From positions 227,037 to 291,036 of the forward strand of contig JBAZNQ010000001.1 of the NCBI GenBank assembly GCA_041649135.1: a stretch of DNA of 64,000 nucleotides, given 5' to 3'. Numbering within the stretch: the stretch's first letter is position 1; every line of letters starts with the position of its first letter. Made by a program: the position numbers and the translations under genes. Under the pieces are notes generated by a model. That model was not told the DNA's origin, made no database searches, and saw only the letters and a list, made by a program, of their open reading frames with translations. The DNA comes from Patescibacteria group bacterium (GTDB taxonomy: Bacteria; Patescibacteriota; Kazan-3B-28). Positions 28,111 to 37,183 of the stretch are shown in pieces.

Positions 28111-28308
28111 ATGGAACAATTTATCACCACTTACCCTTGGATAATCTGGCTCGCTATCATCTGGACGCTACCTTGGAAAGGTGTCGCTCTCTGGAAAGCC
28201 GCCCGCGTTGATCACCTTGGCTGGTTTATCGCCTTAATGGTCATCAACACTCTGGGATTGCTGGAAATCATCTACATCTTCGCCGTTAACCTCAAAGCCA
28301 AGAAATAA
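28111..28308 (+). CDS. Small 2-TM membrane protein
   Basis: 65 aa. Two hydrophobic helices with W-rich interfaces. Confidence 0.45.
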   Translation: MEQFITTYPWIIWLAIIWTLPWKGVALWKAARVDHLGWFIALMVINTLGLLEIIYIFAVNLKAKK

Positions 28309-28424
28309 ATTCATTTTAGGTTAACCCCGATGTCCTGTGTCTAGCCCCCCCGCAATGGGAGAAACAAATTAGACACAAGCCAACCGCCCCCACCCTACTC
28401 TACTAAGCCAAACTTTAAACTAAG

Positions 28425-28458
28425 CACGTTGAGTTATGCGGCCGCATAACTCAACGTG
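28425..28458. repeat. 34-bp perfect palindrome CACGTTGAGTTATGCGGCCGCATAACTCAACGTG
   Basis: Exact self-complementarity. Partner copy at 29057-29091. Confidence 0.8.
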
Positions 28459-28506
28459 TTCGCTTATTCCAATTTTTCTTACCAAAACTACTGCCAAATA
28501 ACCAAA

Positions 28507-29037
28507 TTACAGTACCTTTTTGCCTTCTACAATATCAACATATCTGGCGATATCGTAAAGGTTGATTAGAAGTTCAATCTCCCGCTGACATGGGTATTGG
28601 TGTCGCCAGACACTATGCTGAATCTTCTTGAAACCCAACTGAACTAACTGACCGCGAAATACCTCCCTTGCCAACTTTTTTCGTTCTGGGATATCAAACA
28701 TCACAAAGCGATACAACCCATCCCATGGATCTTGTCGGGGAATTTGTATTTCGTCAGCCCGATATTCCAACACTCTCTGTTTGCCAGCTTTGGTTAAATA
28801 AAGTTTGGTCTTGCCGTTTTGTTCACTCGTTGCTATCAACCCGTCATCTTCGAGCTGTTGAAGTTTTCGCTTAATCACCGCCGGCTCTACACTACGACGA
28901 CGATACTGTTTCGCAAACGGCTTTAGTAACGCCGCTAAGCCAGGTGCTACTGCTATCAATACCAACACTCCGCCTGCCAATGCAATGCCGAGTAGAATAT
29001 CTCTCGCCAAGTTTAGCCTTTCCGCTCTCTCCCCCAT
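28507..29037 (-). CDS. N-terminal TM plus winged-helix domain plus PaaX-C/Cas2-VapD-like fold protein
   Basis: wHTH KRKLQQLEDDGLI. Motif WDGLYRFVMFDIPERKKLAREVFRGQLVQLGFKKIQHSVW resembles PaaX C-terminal and Cas2-like proteins. Confidence 0.45.
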   Translation of the reverse strand: MGERAERLNLARDILLGIALAGGVLVLIAVAPGLAALLKPFAKQYRRRSVEPAVIKRKLQQLEDDGLIATSEQNGKTKLYLTKAGKQRVLEYRADEIQIPRQDPWDGLYRFVMFDIPERKKLAREVFRGQLVQLGFKKIQHSVWRHQYPCQREIELLINLYDIARYVDIVEGKKVL

Positions 29038-29056
29038 ATACTCATTCTATCATTAG

Positions 29057-29091
29057 CACGTTGAGTTAAAGCGGCCGCATAACTCAACGTG
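29057..29091. repeat. 35-bp near-perfect palindrome CACGTTGAGTTAAAGCGGCCGCATAACTCAACGTG
   Basis: One indel relative to the 28425-28458 copy. Sits about 20 nt upstream of the PaaX-like gene start. Confidence 0.8.
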
Positions 29092-29117
29092 TATTCAAAA
29101 ACATCAATCCCCAAGAC

Positions 29118-30716
29118 TTAATTTCGACTCATTTTGGGACCGCTTGAGGTATCCTCTACCGCAAAACCTAATCTACTAATTTGTGTGCGAAGCTGGTCTG
29201 CCTTTTTCCAATTCTTAGCCTGACGCGCTTTTTCCCGCTCTGCTACCAGTTTTTTCACCTCCACGGGAATCGTTAATGGCTTATCATCTTTCAGCCCCAG
29301 CCCCAACACTCTATCGAAATCCAGTAGGGTGGTCTGCTTATCAGCCAATGACTTTTTTGATTTCACTAACTCCCAAACTACCGCCATCGCCTTTGACATA
29401 TTCAAATCATCATTCAGAGCCGACCCGAACCGTTTTTTGTATGTTGCGTCCACTTTCCCCTTGCCATTCTCCTGCTGTACAGCAGGACGGGAATCCATTT
29501 TTGTTTTTCCTGTCTGGATCCCCGATCGAGTCGGGGATGACGAGGAAGAGATGCTGAATACAGCTCGAAGTTTATTCAAGGAATTGCTAGCACCTTCCAA
29601 TGCCTGCAACGAGAACACAAGGTTACTACGATAATGGCTACCAATCGCCAAGTAACGAAAAGCAATTGGATCAACTTCATTTTTTACTAAATCAGCCAGA
29701 TTAATAACATTGCCTTTACTTTTTGACATCTTAATCATACCCATTTCTTCACCGCAAACTCCGCACTTGCCACAATAAACCAAAGTACCATCTGGTAGTC
29801 TCTTTCTAACTAGCTTTCTCTTGCTGATAGATGTTTCATGCCCCTTGCTACATACCATTTTATTGCTTACCCAGCCAATAAAACTCAATGGATCAATTAC
29901 CATAAAGGCATTATGGAACCAATATTTTGCCAACGGCTTATTGTATGCCGCTTCGCTTTGCGCAATTTCATTATTGTGATGTGTCGCAATATGATCCTCT
30001 CCGCCAGTATGAATATCAAATGGTTGACCTAATTCTTTAGTAGAAATTGCCGAACATTCAATATGCCAGCCCGGATACCCCACCCCCCAAGGAGATTTCC
30101 ACTCCTGTTGCCGTTTTTCTGTTCCAGAAAACTTCCACAGCGCAAAATCGGTCTGCCTCTTCTTTTCCTTGCTGTGCGCCACCCTCGCTCTGCTCGAAGA
30201 CCCCCCAAAGCCTTGGCGAAGGGGGGCCAGCTTGCCGTATCCCTTAAATTTTGCGGTATCAAAATAAATCCCATCAGTAGTTTTGTATGTGTATCCCTTT
30301 TTCTCTAATTTTTTAATTAAAGCTATTTGTTCCTTGATGTACTTACTCGCCCATGCAAATTTCACCGGCATTTCAATATTCAACGCTTTCAAATCTTTCA
30401 TAAACTGCTCGGCATAAAACTTGGTAATTTCCTTCGCGGTTTTGTGCTCTTTCTTTGCTTCTCGTTCTACCTTGTCTTCGCCCGTATCCGCATCAGACGT
30501 TAAATGCCCAACATCCGTAATATTCATTACCTGTTTCACTTTGTAGCCGTTGTATTCCAAAGTTCGGCGCAAAATATCTTCCGCCAAATATGCTCGTAGA
30601 TTACCGATATGCGCATACTGATACACTGTTGGTCCGCAGGTGTACATCGAAACCTGGCCTTTCTTCAAAGGCCTAAATTCCTGCTTCTTCCGACCTAGTG
30701 TATTGAATAGCTTCAT
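29118..30716 (-). CDS. cysS: Cysteine--tRNA ligase (532 aa) carrying an in-frame palindromic-element insertion in the linker before the anticodon-binding domain
   Basis: HIGN, KMSKS (KMSKSKGN) and a zinc-binding Cys. A ~25-aa extra segment is encoded at 29455-29541 by a GTCATCCCCGA…palindromic element. Confidence 0.9.
   Translation of the reverse strand: MKLFNTLGRKKQEFRPLKKGQVSMYTCGPTVYQYAHIGNLRAYLAEDILRRTLEYNGYKVKQVMNITDVGHLTSDADTGEDKVEREAKKEHKTAKEITKFYAEQFMKDLKALNIEMPVKFAWASKYIKEQIALIKKLEKKGYTYKTTDGIYFDTAKFKGYGKLAPLRQGFGGSSSRARVAHSKEKKRQTDFALWKFSGTEKRQQEWKSPWGVGYPGWHIECSAISTKELGQPFDIHTGGEDHIATHHNNEIAQSEAAYNKPLAKYWFHNAFMVIDPLSFIGWVSNKMVCSKGHETSISKRKLVRKRLPDGTLVYCGKCGVCGEEMGMIKMSKSKGNVINLADLVKNEVDPIAFRYLAIGSHYRSNLVFSLQALEGASNSLNKLRAVFSISSSSSPTRSGIQTGKTKMDSRPAVQQENGKGKVDATYKKRFGSALNDDLNMSKAMAVVWELVKSKKSLADKQTTLLDFDRVLGLGLKDDKPLTIPVEVKKLVAEREKARQAKNWKKADQLRTQISRLGFAVEDTSSGPKMSRN
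29455..29541 (-). repeat. Bipartite palindromic element inserted in frame within cysS
   Basis: Minus-strand sense: GTCATCCCCGA-ctcgat-CGGGGAT, CCAGACAGGAAAAACAAAAATGG, ATTCCCGTCC… This is the same architecture as the intergenic copies. Confidence 0.65.
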
Positions 30717-30724
30717 ATTTTTTC

Positions 30725-30853
30725 TTTCTGGATTCCCGCCTTCGCGGGAATGACGAGAAGGGAACGACTTAATGTATTAAATAGTTTTAGTATTTTTCGC
30801 CTGGTCATCCTGAATTAATTTCAGGATCTAGATTCTGAAACAAGTTCAGAATG
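30725..30853. repeat. Two palindromic elements (GATTCCCGCcttcGCGGGAATGAC, and a family-C element with ATCCTGAA and ATTCTGAA hairpins)
   Basis: Family termini and architecture. Confidence 0.6.
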
Positions 30854-30895
30854 ATAAATAATATGTATTAAGCTATTTTCCCCCTCTGGGTGTAT

Positions 30896-31801
30896 TTACA
30901 CCATTTTTAATCCAAAGATTCGTGGAAATATCAATCGCCCATCTACTATCAATGCGCCCAACAGTACCAACAACCCACCATAAATATTATGAGCGGTCAG
31001 ACTCTCGTGTAAAAATATTACTGACAAAATTGCCACCTGAATGATCATCGTACTATCCAGAATAGATGCTTCCAACACCTTCAGCTTGTCCAAAACATTT
31101 CCCCAAATCAATCCACCAAAAGCAAAAATCAGTGCCACCACTACTAAACTAACTACCAGCCGAATATCCCAGTTAATTGCCGGCATCCCATCAGTTAATA
31201 AACCAATCGGCACCAATACCATCGCAGCCACCCCATTGCCAATCAGCATTAACGGCAGAGTCACGTTATCAGTATGAGCTTTAGCAATTATGCGACCAAC
31301 CGAATTATTAAAGGCATATCCCACCTCTGCCAATATCAACAACGCTACCCCCAACAAAGTTCCGCCCAATACCTGATGGCCCAAGAAAATTACCAAGCCC
31401 GTCGCTACTAAAACCACTCCCAAATACTGTTCCAAGCGTGGTTTTTCTTTTACTAAAATACCCGACATCAACAAAGTAAACAGCACACTGGTGGCCGCAA
31501 CCAAACCAGCCGTGGCACCGGTCACGTACTGCAAACCAATCATTACAAATAAAGTCGCACCGCCATAGCCAACCGCCCCCGCTAACACCATCAAATATTT
31601 GTCCCGCACCGAAATTTTAAAAGAATACTTCTCTCGCTCAAACCACATATAAATCAGCAGCACAACCAACACCACCAACTGCAATACTGCCGCAAAGAAA
31701 TATGGCGGGATCTCTTCCAATCCCATCTTCAAAATAATTTTTGAGGCCGACCAGATAAATACTACGAACAGCCCCTGCAGTAGAAATGGTAATTTAGATT
31801 T
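30896..31801 (-). CDS. DMT-superfamily (EamA-like) transporter, about 10 TM helices
   Basis: Two EamA-like 5-TM halves. The start is probably M at 31801 (the track ORF runs open to 31840). Confidence 0.55.
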   Translation of the reverse strand, partial: KSKLPFLLQGLFVVFIWSASKIILKMGLEEIPPYFFAAVLQLVVLVVLLIYMWFEREKYSFKISVRDKYLMVLAGAVGYGGATLFVMIGLQYVTGATAGLVAATSVLFTLLMSGILVKEKPRLEQYLGVVLVATGLVIFLGHQVLGGTLLGVALLILAEVGYAFNNSVGRIIAKAHTDNVTLPLMLIGNGVAAMVLVPIGLLTDGMPAINWDIRLVVSLVVVALIFAFGGLIWGNVLDKLKVLEASILDSTMIIQVAILSVIFLHESLTAHNIYGGLLVLLGALIVDGRLIFPRIFGLKMV

Positions 31802-31835
31802 CATAGACAGAACTACTCCTTCACGATTTCTGTTC

Positions 31836-31925
31836 GTCATTCTGGCTTGCCTGCCCGCCTTGGGAGGGACCAGAATCTTATCGAATATCTATACGATTCT
31901 GGATGCGCTTCGCTTACCAGAATGA
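31836..31925. repeat. Family-B bipartite palindromic element (two ATTCTGG/CCAGAAT hairpins between GTC and GAC)
   Basis: Near-identical to 52529-52630. Confidence 0.7.
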
Positions 31926-31939
31926 CGGCTACCACAGGA

Positions 31940-31994
31940 CTTCACTCTTCACTCTTCACTCTTCACTCTTCACTCTTCACTCTTCACTCTTCAC
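31940..31994. repeat. Heptamer microsatellite (TCACTCT) x7
   Basis: Perfect tandem copies. Partial extra copies lie at 32029-32050. Confidence 0.85.
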
Positions 31995-32032
31995 TTCGTA
32001 GATCATCCCGAAGCCTTGTGCGAAGGGTGACT

Positions 32033-32665
32033 TCACTCTTCACTATTAACTTTTTCACCTGTCCCCATTATCTCACTCCTACCCTCTAATGCTCGCGTTA
32101 GGGTCAGCTCGTCAGCATATTCCAAATCTCCGCCCATCGGCAGTCCTCTTGCGATCCGCGACACCTTAATCGCCATTCCAGACAGCATTTTGATTACAAA
32201 AGTCGCCGTTGCTTCGCCTTCCACATTTGGATTGGTCGCAATAATTACCTCTTTGATCTCCGAGCTACTTGCTAATCGATCTCGCAAACTGGCGATCTGC
32301 AATTCATTGGGCCCGATCCCGTCTAATGGGCTAATTCGCCCACCTAGCACATGATACAAGCCGCCAAAACCAGCCCGCTCCAGCGCCATCACATCCAGCG
32401 GCTCTTCCACCACCGCCAACATCGACTGGTCACGCAGTTTATCTTCACAAATTTTACACGGGTTCTGATCGGCAATGTTGTGACATGTCTCACAGTACAC
32501 AATGTCTTCTTTTAAATTCAAAAACGCCTCACCTAAACTCTTGTGATCAACATTAGCATTTCTTAACAAATAGAAAGCCAACCGAGAAGCCGTCTTCGGA
32601 CCGATCCCTGGTAATTGGCTTAACTCGTTAATTAATCGCTCAATCGATTTTGGTAAAGTCTGCAT
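32033..32665 (-). CDS. recR: Recombination protein RecR
   Basis: HhH, C4 zinc finger (CETCHNIADQNPCKIC) and a Toprim domain. Confidence 0.9.
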   Translation of the reverse strand: MQTLPKSIERLINELSQLPGIGPKTASRLAFYLLRNANVDHKSLGEAFLNLKEDIVYCETCHNIADQNPCKICEDKLRDQSMLAVVEEPLDVMALERAGFGGLYHVLGGRISPLDGIGPNELQIASLRDRLASSSEIKEVIIATNPNVEGEATATFVIKMLSGMAIKVSRIARGLPMGGDLEYADELTLTRALEGRSEIMGTGEKVNSEE

Positions 32666-32734
32666 CTGTATTTAGGTAAAGCGCCGCAGGCGCTTCCAAA
32701 ATTATTCACCATTAACTATTAACTTTTCACTCCC

Positions 32735-33034
32735 TTAGATATTCAGTCCTAAATCCCCCGCTACACTCTTCATCTTCTGCGCCGAAGCCTGTTGAGCCTT
32801 AGTAATTGCCGCGTTGGCCGCTTGTCTCACAAATCGCTCAACCGCCGCCTTTTCAGTCGGTGCCAACAAATCCTCCGCAATTTCAACTGACTGTACCTTT
32901 TGTTCTCCATCTACTATCACTTTTACCTTGCCACCCAGTTCGATACCTTCAAACATCAACTCCTTCAATTCCTTTTGAATTGCTCGAGCCTTACTCTGTA
33001 ACTGCCACATTCTTTTTGCTTTATCGAATACCAT
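32735..33034 (-). CDS. ybaB: Nucleoid-associated protein YbaB/EbfC
   Basis: YbaB family pattern, 99 aa. Adjacent to recR. Confidence 0.85.
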   Translation of the reverse strand: MVFDKAKRMWQLQSKARAIQKELKELMFEGIELGGKVKVIVDGEQKVQSVEIAEDLLAPTEKAAVERFVRQAANAAITKAQQASAQKMKSVAGDLGLNI

Positions 33035-33122
33035 AGAAAATAAGTTAAAAGTTAACAGTTAAAAGTGAATAATTATGGTAAAAATCAAATTCCTCAATTG
33101 TTAACTGTTCACTGTTCACTAT

Positions 33123-33881
33123 TCACTGTTCACTAAGAGTTATCTTATTAATCACGATTGGTGTCTTCGGACGGCTAACCTCTCCTTGACCGTTATCTTC
33201 TACTGGCATTGCGGCAATCTTGTCCACCACATCCATTCCCTCCACTACCTTTCCAAAGATGACATAACTTTTTGGCAAATCTGTGGCATCCTGATGCACG
33301 ATAAAGAACTGACTACCGTTGGTATTCGCCCCTGAATTTGCCATTGCTACCGTTCCACGGCTATATTCACCAACTATTTTTTCATCATCAAACTGATATC
33401 CCGGTCCGCCAGTTCCGTCATCACTCGGATCATCGTCTTTAGAATTCGGATCGCCAGTCTGGATCATGAAATCTTTAATTACCCGATGAAACTTAATGCC
33501 GTCATAAAAATTCCTCTTCGCCAGCAACACGAAACTGGCCGCTGTCTTAGGAGTATTATCTGTATCTAACTCGATCTTGATATTACCCTGACTGGTTTCT
33601 AGTGTCGCGAATTTATTCTGGGCCAATTCCTCTTTTGTAATTTCTCCGAACGGACCCTTCACTTTTCCCGCCAAACCGTTCCAATCAACCTGTTGAAACC
33701 CCCAAATTCCGGCCCAAACCAACGCTCCCAATACGGCTAACCCGCCAAAACCCAAACCAATTCGTAACATCCATTTTCGCCATGGCGCCCATTCCAAACT
33801 CGCCCGCGCCCGCAACTCTTGCCGGATATTTTTTTCTTCAGCTAATTTTCGTGCTTTTCTTTCGCGTGATCTTCTAGACAT
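33123..33881 (-). CDS. ppiB: Cyclophilin-type peptidyl-prolyl cis-trans isomerase with an N-terminal membrane anchor
   Basis: Cyclophilin motifs (FHRVIKDFMIQTGD…MANSG…GSQFFI). Confidence 0.85.
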   Translation of the reverse strand: MSRRSRERKARKLAEEKNIRQELRARASLEWAPWRKWMLRIGLGFGGLAVLGALVWAGIWGFQQVDWNGLAGKVKGPFGEITKEELAQNKFATLETSQGNIKIELDTDNTPKTAASFVLLAKRNFYDGIKFHRVIKDFMIQTGDPNSKDDDPSDDGTGGPGYQFDDEKIVGEYSRGTVAMANSGANTNGSQFFIVHQDATDLPKSYVIFGKVVEGMDVVDKIAAMPVEDNGQGEVSRPKTPIVINKITLSEQ

Positions 33882-33942
33882 TTTTTCTCCTTGTTAACAG
33901 CAAAACCGGCTCGTTTCACCAGCCCCCACCCGATTTGTTAGA

Positions 33943-34146
33943 TTACTTATTATTCATCGACGACAACATCCCCCAATCAGCCGAAATGTTCGTCTGCCAG
34001 AAAATAATTTTCGGACCAGCCCAGTTGATAAACACGATCGAAACCAAAATCACGATCAACTGCCGCCAAAAGGAATTCGTAAAATTCTCTTGTCGTTTGG
34101 CTTCGGCTTTAAACGCTCGAACAAACTCATCGCTCACGATTTTCAT
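33943..34146 (-). CDS. Hypothetical small membrane protein (67 aa)
   Basis: Single TM. Weak evidence. An alternative opposite-strand ORF exists. Confidence 0.25.
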   Translation of the reverse strand: MKIVSDEFVRAFKAEAKRQENFTNSFWRQLIVILVSIVFINWAGPKIIFWQTNISADWGMLSSMNNK

Positions 34147-34194
34147 CTTCCTCTCTCGTTAGCCAGCTAGTAGTTGGTATTTCTTCTCTAATGG

Positions 34195-35490
34195 CTATTG
34201 GGCTGGCTTAAATATACTTTTTATCAGATTTTGCCAGAATCCCAACGGCGGTGCTGGTGTCTGATCAACCTGTGGGGCACTCTCACTAGTCGAACCAATT
34301 ATACCGGTTTTCACTAATTTCTGTAAAATCGCCTCTGTGGTGGTTTGAGCCTGCGGTAAGTCCTCGTATACTGGTACACTCGATAACGCATCGCTAATGT
34401 CCTTGAGCTCGGCAAAATTGTTTTTCTTTAGGGCTTTTGCTTGCTGTTCCGCCACAAAATCGTCAACTTTCACAAAATCTGCCTTCACCTCGGTCGGGGT
34501 ACGCAAACTTAACGAAGGTACTTCATTCGTCCCGCCCGTCGTTGAATTGCCACCTATCGTTGAATTGCCGCTGTCTGGCCCCACCGTCGCCCCAGATGTA
34601 ACCGTTAATGTTATGGTTACACTATCCTGTACCGCCGATACATCATCCCCCACTACTGTCACCACTAAGTTATAACTCGTCGTCGGTACCGTATCAGCCG
34701 TATAAATATTTAATTCCATTTCCCCCGGCAAATCGCCCAGTTGCGCCGGCATAAAGTTCGCCGTCATCCCTCCAACCAATCCCGAAACTTGAGCAGTTAC
34801 CTTGCTGGCGTAATTATTACTTGGTGTTACGCCGATCCTAAATACTGCCGTGTTACCTGCTTTTATCGGTTGGCTCGATGGCGTGGCGGTTACCGAAAAT
34901 CCTGCCGTCGATATTGTTCCGACCGTGTCATAAACACTCAAGCCACAAATTCCCCATGCATCCGATCCATTAAAACTCGAAAATACTAAATCAGCTGTAC
35001 CAGTATCGATTTGGGCTGTTAATGTCATCACTTGCCAACTGTCCGCTATAGTTGTCGTACCAGTCGCCAACGATCCAACCCGCATTCGAGTCGACAATTT
35101 AGTATCAGCCGATCCAACCGTCGCCTTAAACGCATAAATACCTTGTTCTAACCCACTAATTCTAAAAATCGCACCCGTTGGCCCACTATTACTATCTCGT
35201 TTCATTAAATCTGATACTGTTTTATTGGAAAATTCATTAATTCCCGCCGTTACCCAACCAAATTTATAATTTCCCGAAGTTTGCGGATACATCGACAACC
35301 CGCCCTTCACCTGCACCATGTTAGGAGCTTTGTCTGATAACGACGCCCCACCAAAATCAAAACTAACCAACAAAGTAGTCGCTGTCGCCGCCCAAGTTAC
35401 ACCAACCAAGATTGCTAACCCTAAAACCGCGGCCAGTACCGCCCTGATATCCCACCGGAAAAATTCAACTAACCAATGGCGATTATTCAC
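34195..35490 (-). CDS. Hypothetical N-terminally anchored, T/S/G-rich extracellular protein
   Basis: Signal/anchor helix then a beta-rich T/S/G-rich region. Probably cell surface. Confidence 0.5.
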   Translation of the reverse strand: MNNRHWLVEFFRWDIRAVLAAVLGLAILVGVTWAATATTLLVSFDFGGASLSDKAPNMVQVKGGLSMYPQTSGNYKFGWVTAGINEFSNKTVSDLMKRDSNSGPTGAIFRISGLEQGIYAFKATVGSADTKLSTRMRVGSLATGTTTIADSWQVMTLTAQIDTGTADLVFSSFNGSDAWGICGLSVYDTVGTISTAGFSVTATPSSQPIKAGNTAVFRIGVTPSNNYASKVTAQVSGLVGGMTANFMPAQLGDLPGEMELNIYTADTVPTTSYNLVVTVVGDDVSAVQDSVTITLTVTSGATVGPDSGNSTIGGNSTTGGTNEVPSLSLRTPTEVKADFVKVDDFVAEQQAKALKKNNFAELKDISDALSSVPVYEDLPQAQTTTEAILQKLVKTGIIGSTSESAPQVDQTPAPPLGFWQNLIKSIFKPAQ

Positions 35491-35696
35491 ATTCCCATTA
35501 TACCAGTCTTCGCTTCCTTAGTAGGAAGCTACGCCTGGCTGACGCCACTCTAATTTTCGCTAGAGCAACCAAGCCTGACTAATGTCACATAAAAAATAAA
35601 AGCGAAGACTGCCCTGCGTAGTCCTGCATAGCTGTTAAGCGACGCACGGACGAAGCATGGGCCCCATCCCCAGTTTCCCCTTCCTCCAAGAGTGTT

Positions 35697-37058
35697 TTAC
35701 ACCGGAGTTTCGATCAGAGCCTCTTCCGGCTCCTCCATCTGCCGTCGTTCCAAATCTCTAAACGTCATCCGACTAGCGTCAAAATAAAGTTCCACCTTAC
35801 CGGTCGGTCCATTGCGATGTTTAGCAATAAAGATATCGGCGATATTCTTTCGGCTGGTATCTGGTTCGTAATATTCCTCTCGATATACGAACAACACCAC
35901 ATCTGCATCTTGTTCGATCGAACCAGACTCTCGCAAATCTGATAGTTGGGGAATTTTTCTTGGTCGTTGCTCGACCGCCCGAGACAACTGCGATACTGCG
36001 ATCACTGGAATATTCAGTTCCTTAGCCAATGCCTTCAATGACCGAGAAATTTCCGAAATCTCCTGTACCCGCCCTTCATAACTACGCGAACCTTCCATCA
36101 ACTGAATGTGATCAATGATCAACAGATCCAAGCCCTTCTCGGTTTTCAGCCGCCGCGCTTTGGTGCGGATTTCCATCACTGTCATAAATGCGGTGTCATC
36201 AATATAAATCGGCGCATCGGCTAATTTACCCATCGCCTCCGACAATTTTTCAAAATCATCCGGCGCGAGATTACCCGTCCGCAGTTTCCATGCATCAATC
36301 CCCGACTGGGTAGACAATAATCGATCGATCAACTGTTCTTTAGACATTTCCAGGCTAAAAATTCCGACTGCAAAATGTCCGTCCCGAGCCGCGTTTAGCG
36401 CCATATTCAAAGCCAGTGAAGTTTTACCCATGCTCGGACGAGCGGCAATGATCATCAAGTCAGATCCTTGTAGACCTGCCAGCATATTATCCAAATCCGA
36501 AAATCCGGTTGGCACACCGCGCAATTGTCCCCGATTTTCGTGCAAACTATCAATTCTTTCAAAAGTTTCGTTCAAGACATCTTTCACCATTGTGAAACTA
36601 TTTTTCAAATGTTTCCGCGACACCGCAAACAATACCTGTTCGGACTTATCCAACGCATCATCTAACTTCATTTCAGAAGTCAGTGCCAATTCGCCAATCG
36701 TTGCCGACGCGCTGATCAATCGACGCAAAGTAGCTTTGTTCGCGATAATTTCGGCATACTGTCCGGCATGAGCTGTGCTTGGTGTACTGGCAGTCAGCGC
36801 CGCAATTTTAGTCGCCCCGCCCACCATCTCTAATTTTCCTAGATTAGATAACTTATCTGTTACTGTCACTAAATCAACCGGCTGTCGATCTTCGTATAAT
36901 TCCAAAATCGCCGAATACACCAATCCGTTTCTCTCATCATAAAAGTCGGCTGGCCGGACGACATCCGCTACCCGCACAATAATATCTTTATCGAGCAACA
37001 AAGCGCCCAACAACGATTTTTCCGCATCCAAATTTTGTGGGGGTAGTGTCTGTGTCAC
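35697..37058 (-). CDS. dnaB: Replicative DNA helicase
   Basis: DnaB N-terminal domain plus RecA-like domain with Walker A ARPSMGKTS. Confidence 0.9.
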   Translation of the reverse strand: MTQTLPPQNLDAEKSLLGALLLDKDIIVRVADVVRPADFYDERNGLVYSAILELYEDRQPVDLVTVTDKLSNLGKLEMVGGATKIAALTASTPSTAHAGQYAEIIANKATLRRLISASATIGELALTSEMKLDDALDKSEQVLFAVSRKHLKNSFTMVKDVLNETFERIDSLHENRGQLRGVPTGFSDLDNMLAGLQGSDLMIIAARPSMGKTSLALNMALNAARDGHFAVGIFSLEMSKEQLIDRLLSTQSGIDAWKLRTGNLAPDDFEKLSEAMGKLADAPIYIDDTAFMTVMEIRTKARRLKTEKGLDLLIIDHIQLMEGSRSYEGRVQEISEISRSLKALAKELNIPVIAVSQLSRAVEQRPRKIPQLSDLRESGSIEQDADVVLFVYREEYYEPDTSRKNIADIFIAKHRNGPTGKVELYFDASRMTFRDLERRQMEEPEEALIETPV

Positions 37059-37183
37059 AAATAGTTAAAAGTTAAAGGTGAATAGTAATAAGTTCTGGTA
37101 TTCCGGTAAAACCGGAATTTCAATCGTTTTTTACTTTTATTTGATTATTGGTTATTGATTATTGGTTATTAGCCACTATTGGC

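Noticed and set aside
31940-31994. (TCACTCT)x7 as a coding repeat or phase-variation switch in a gene
   Set aside because: It lies in the recR-to-transporter spacer, outside any supported ORF. The 7-nt unit would not preserve a frame. Treated as a noncoding microsatellite.
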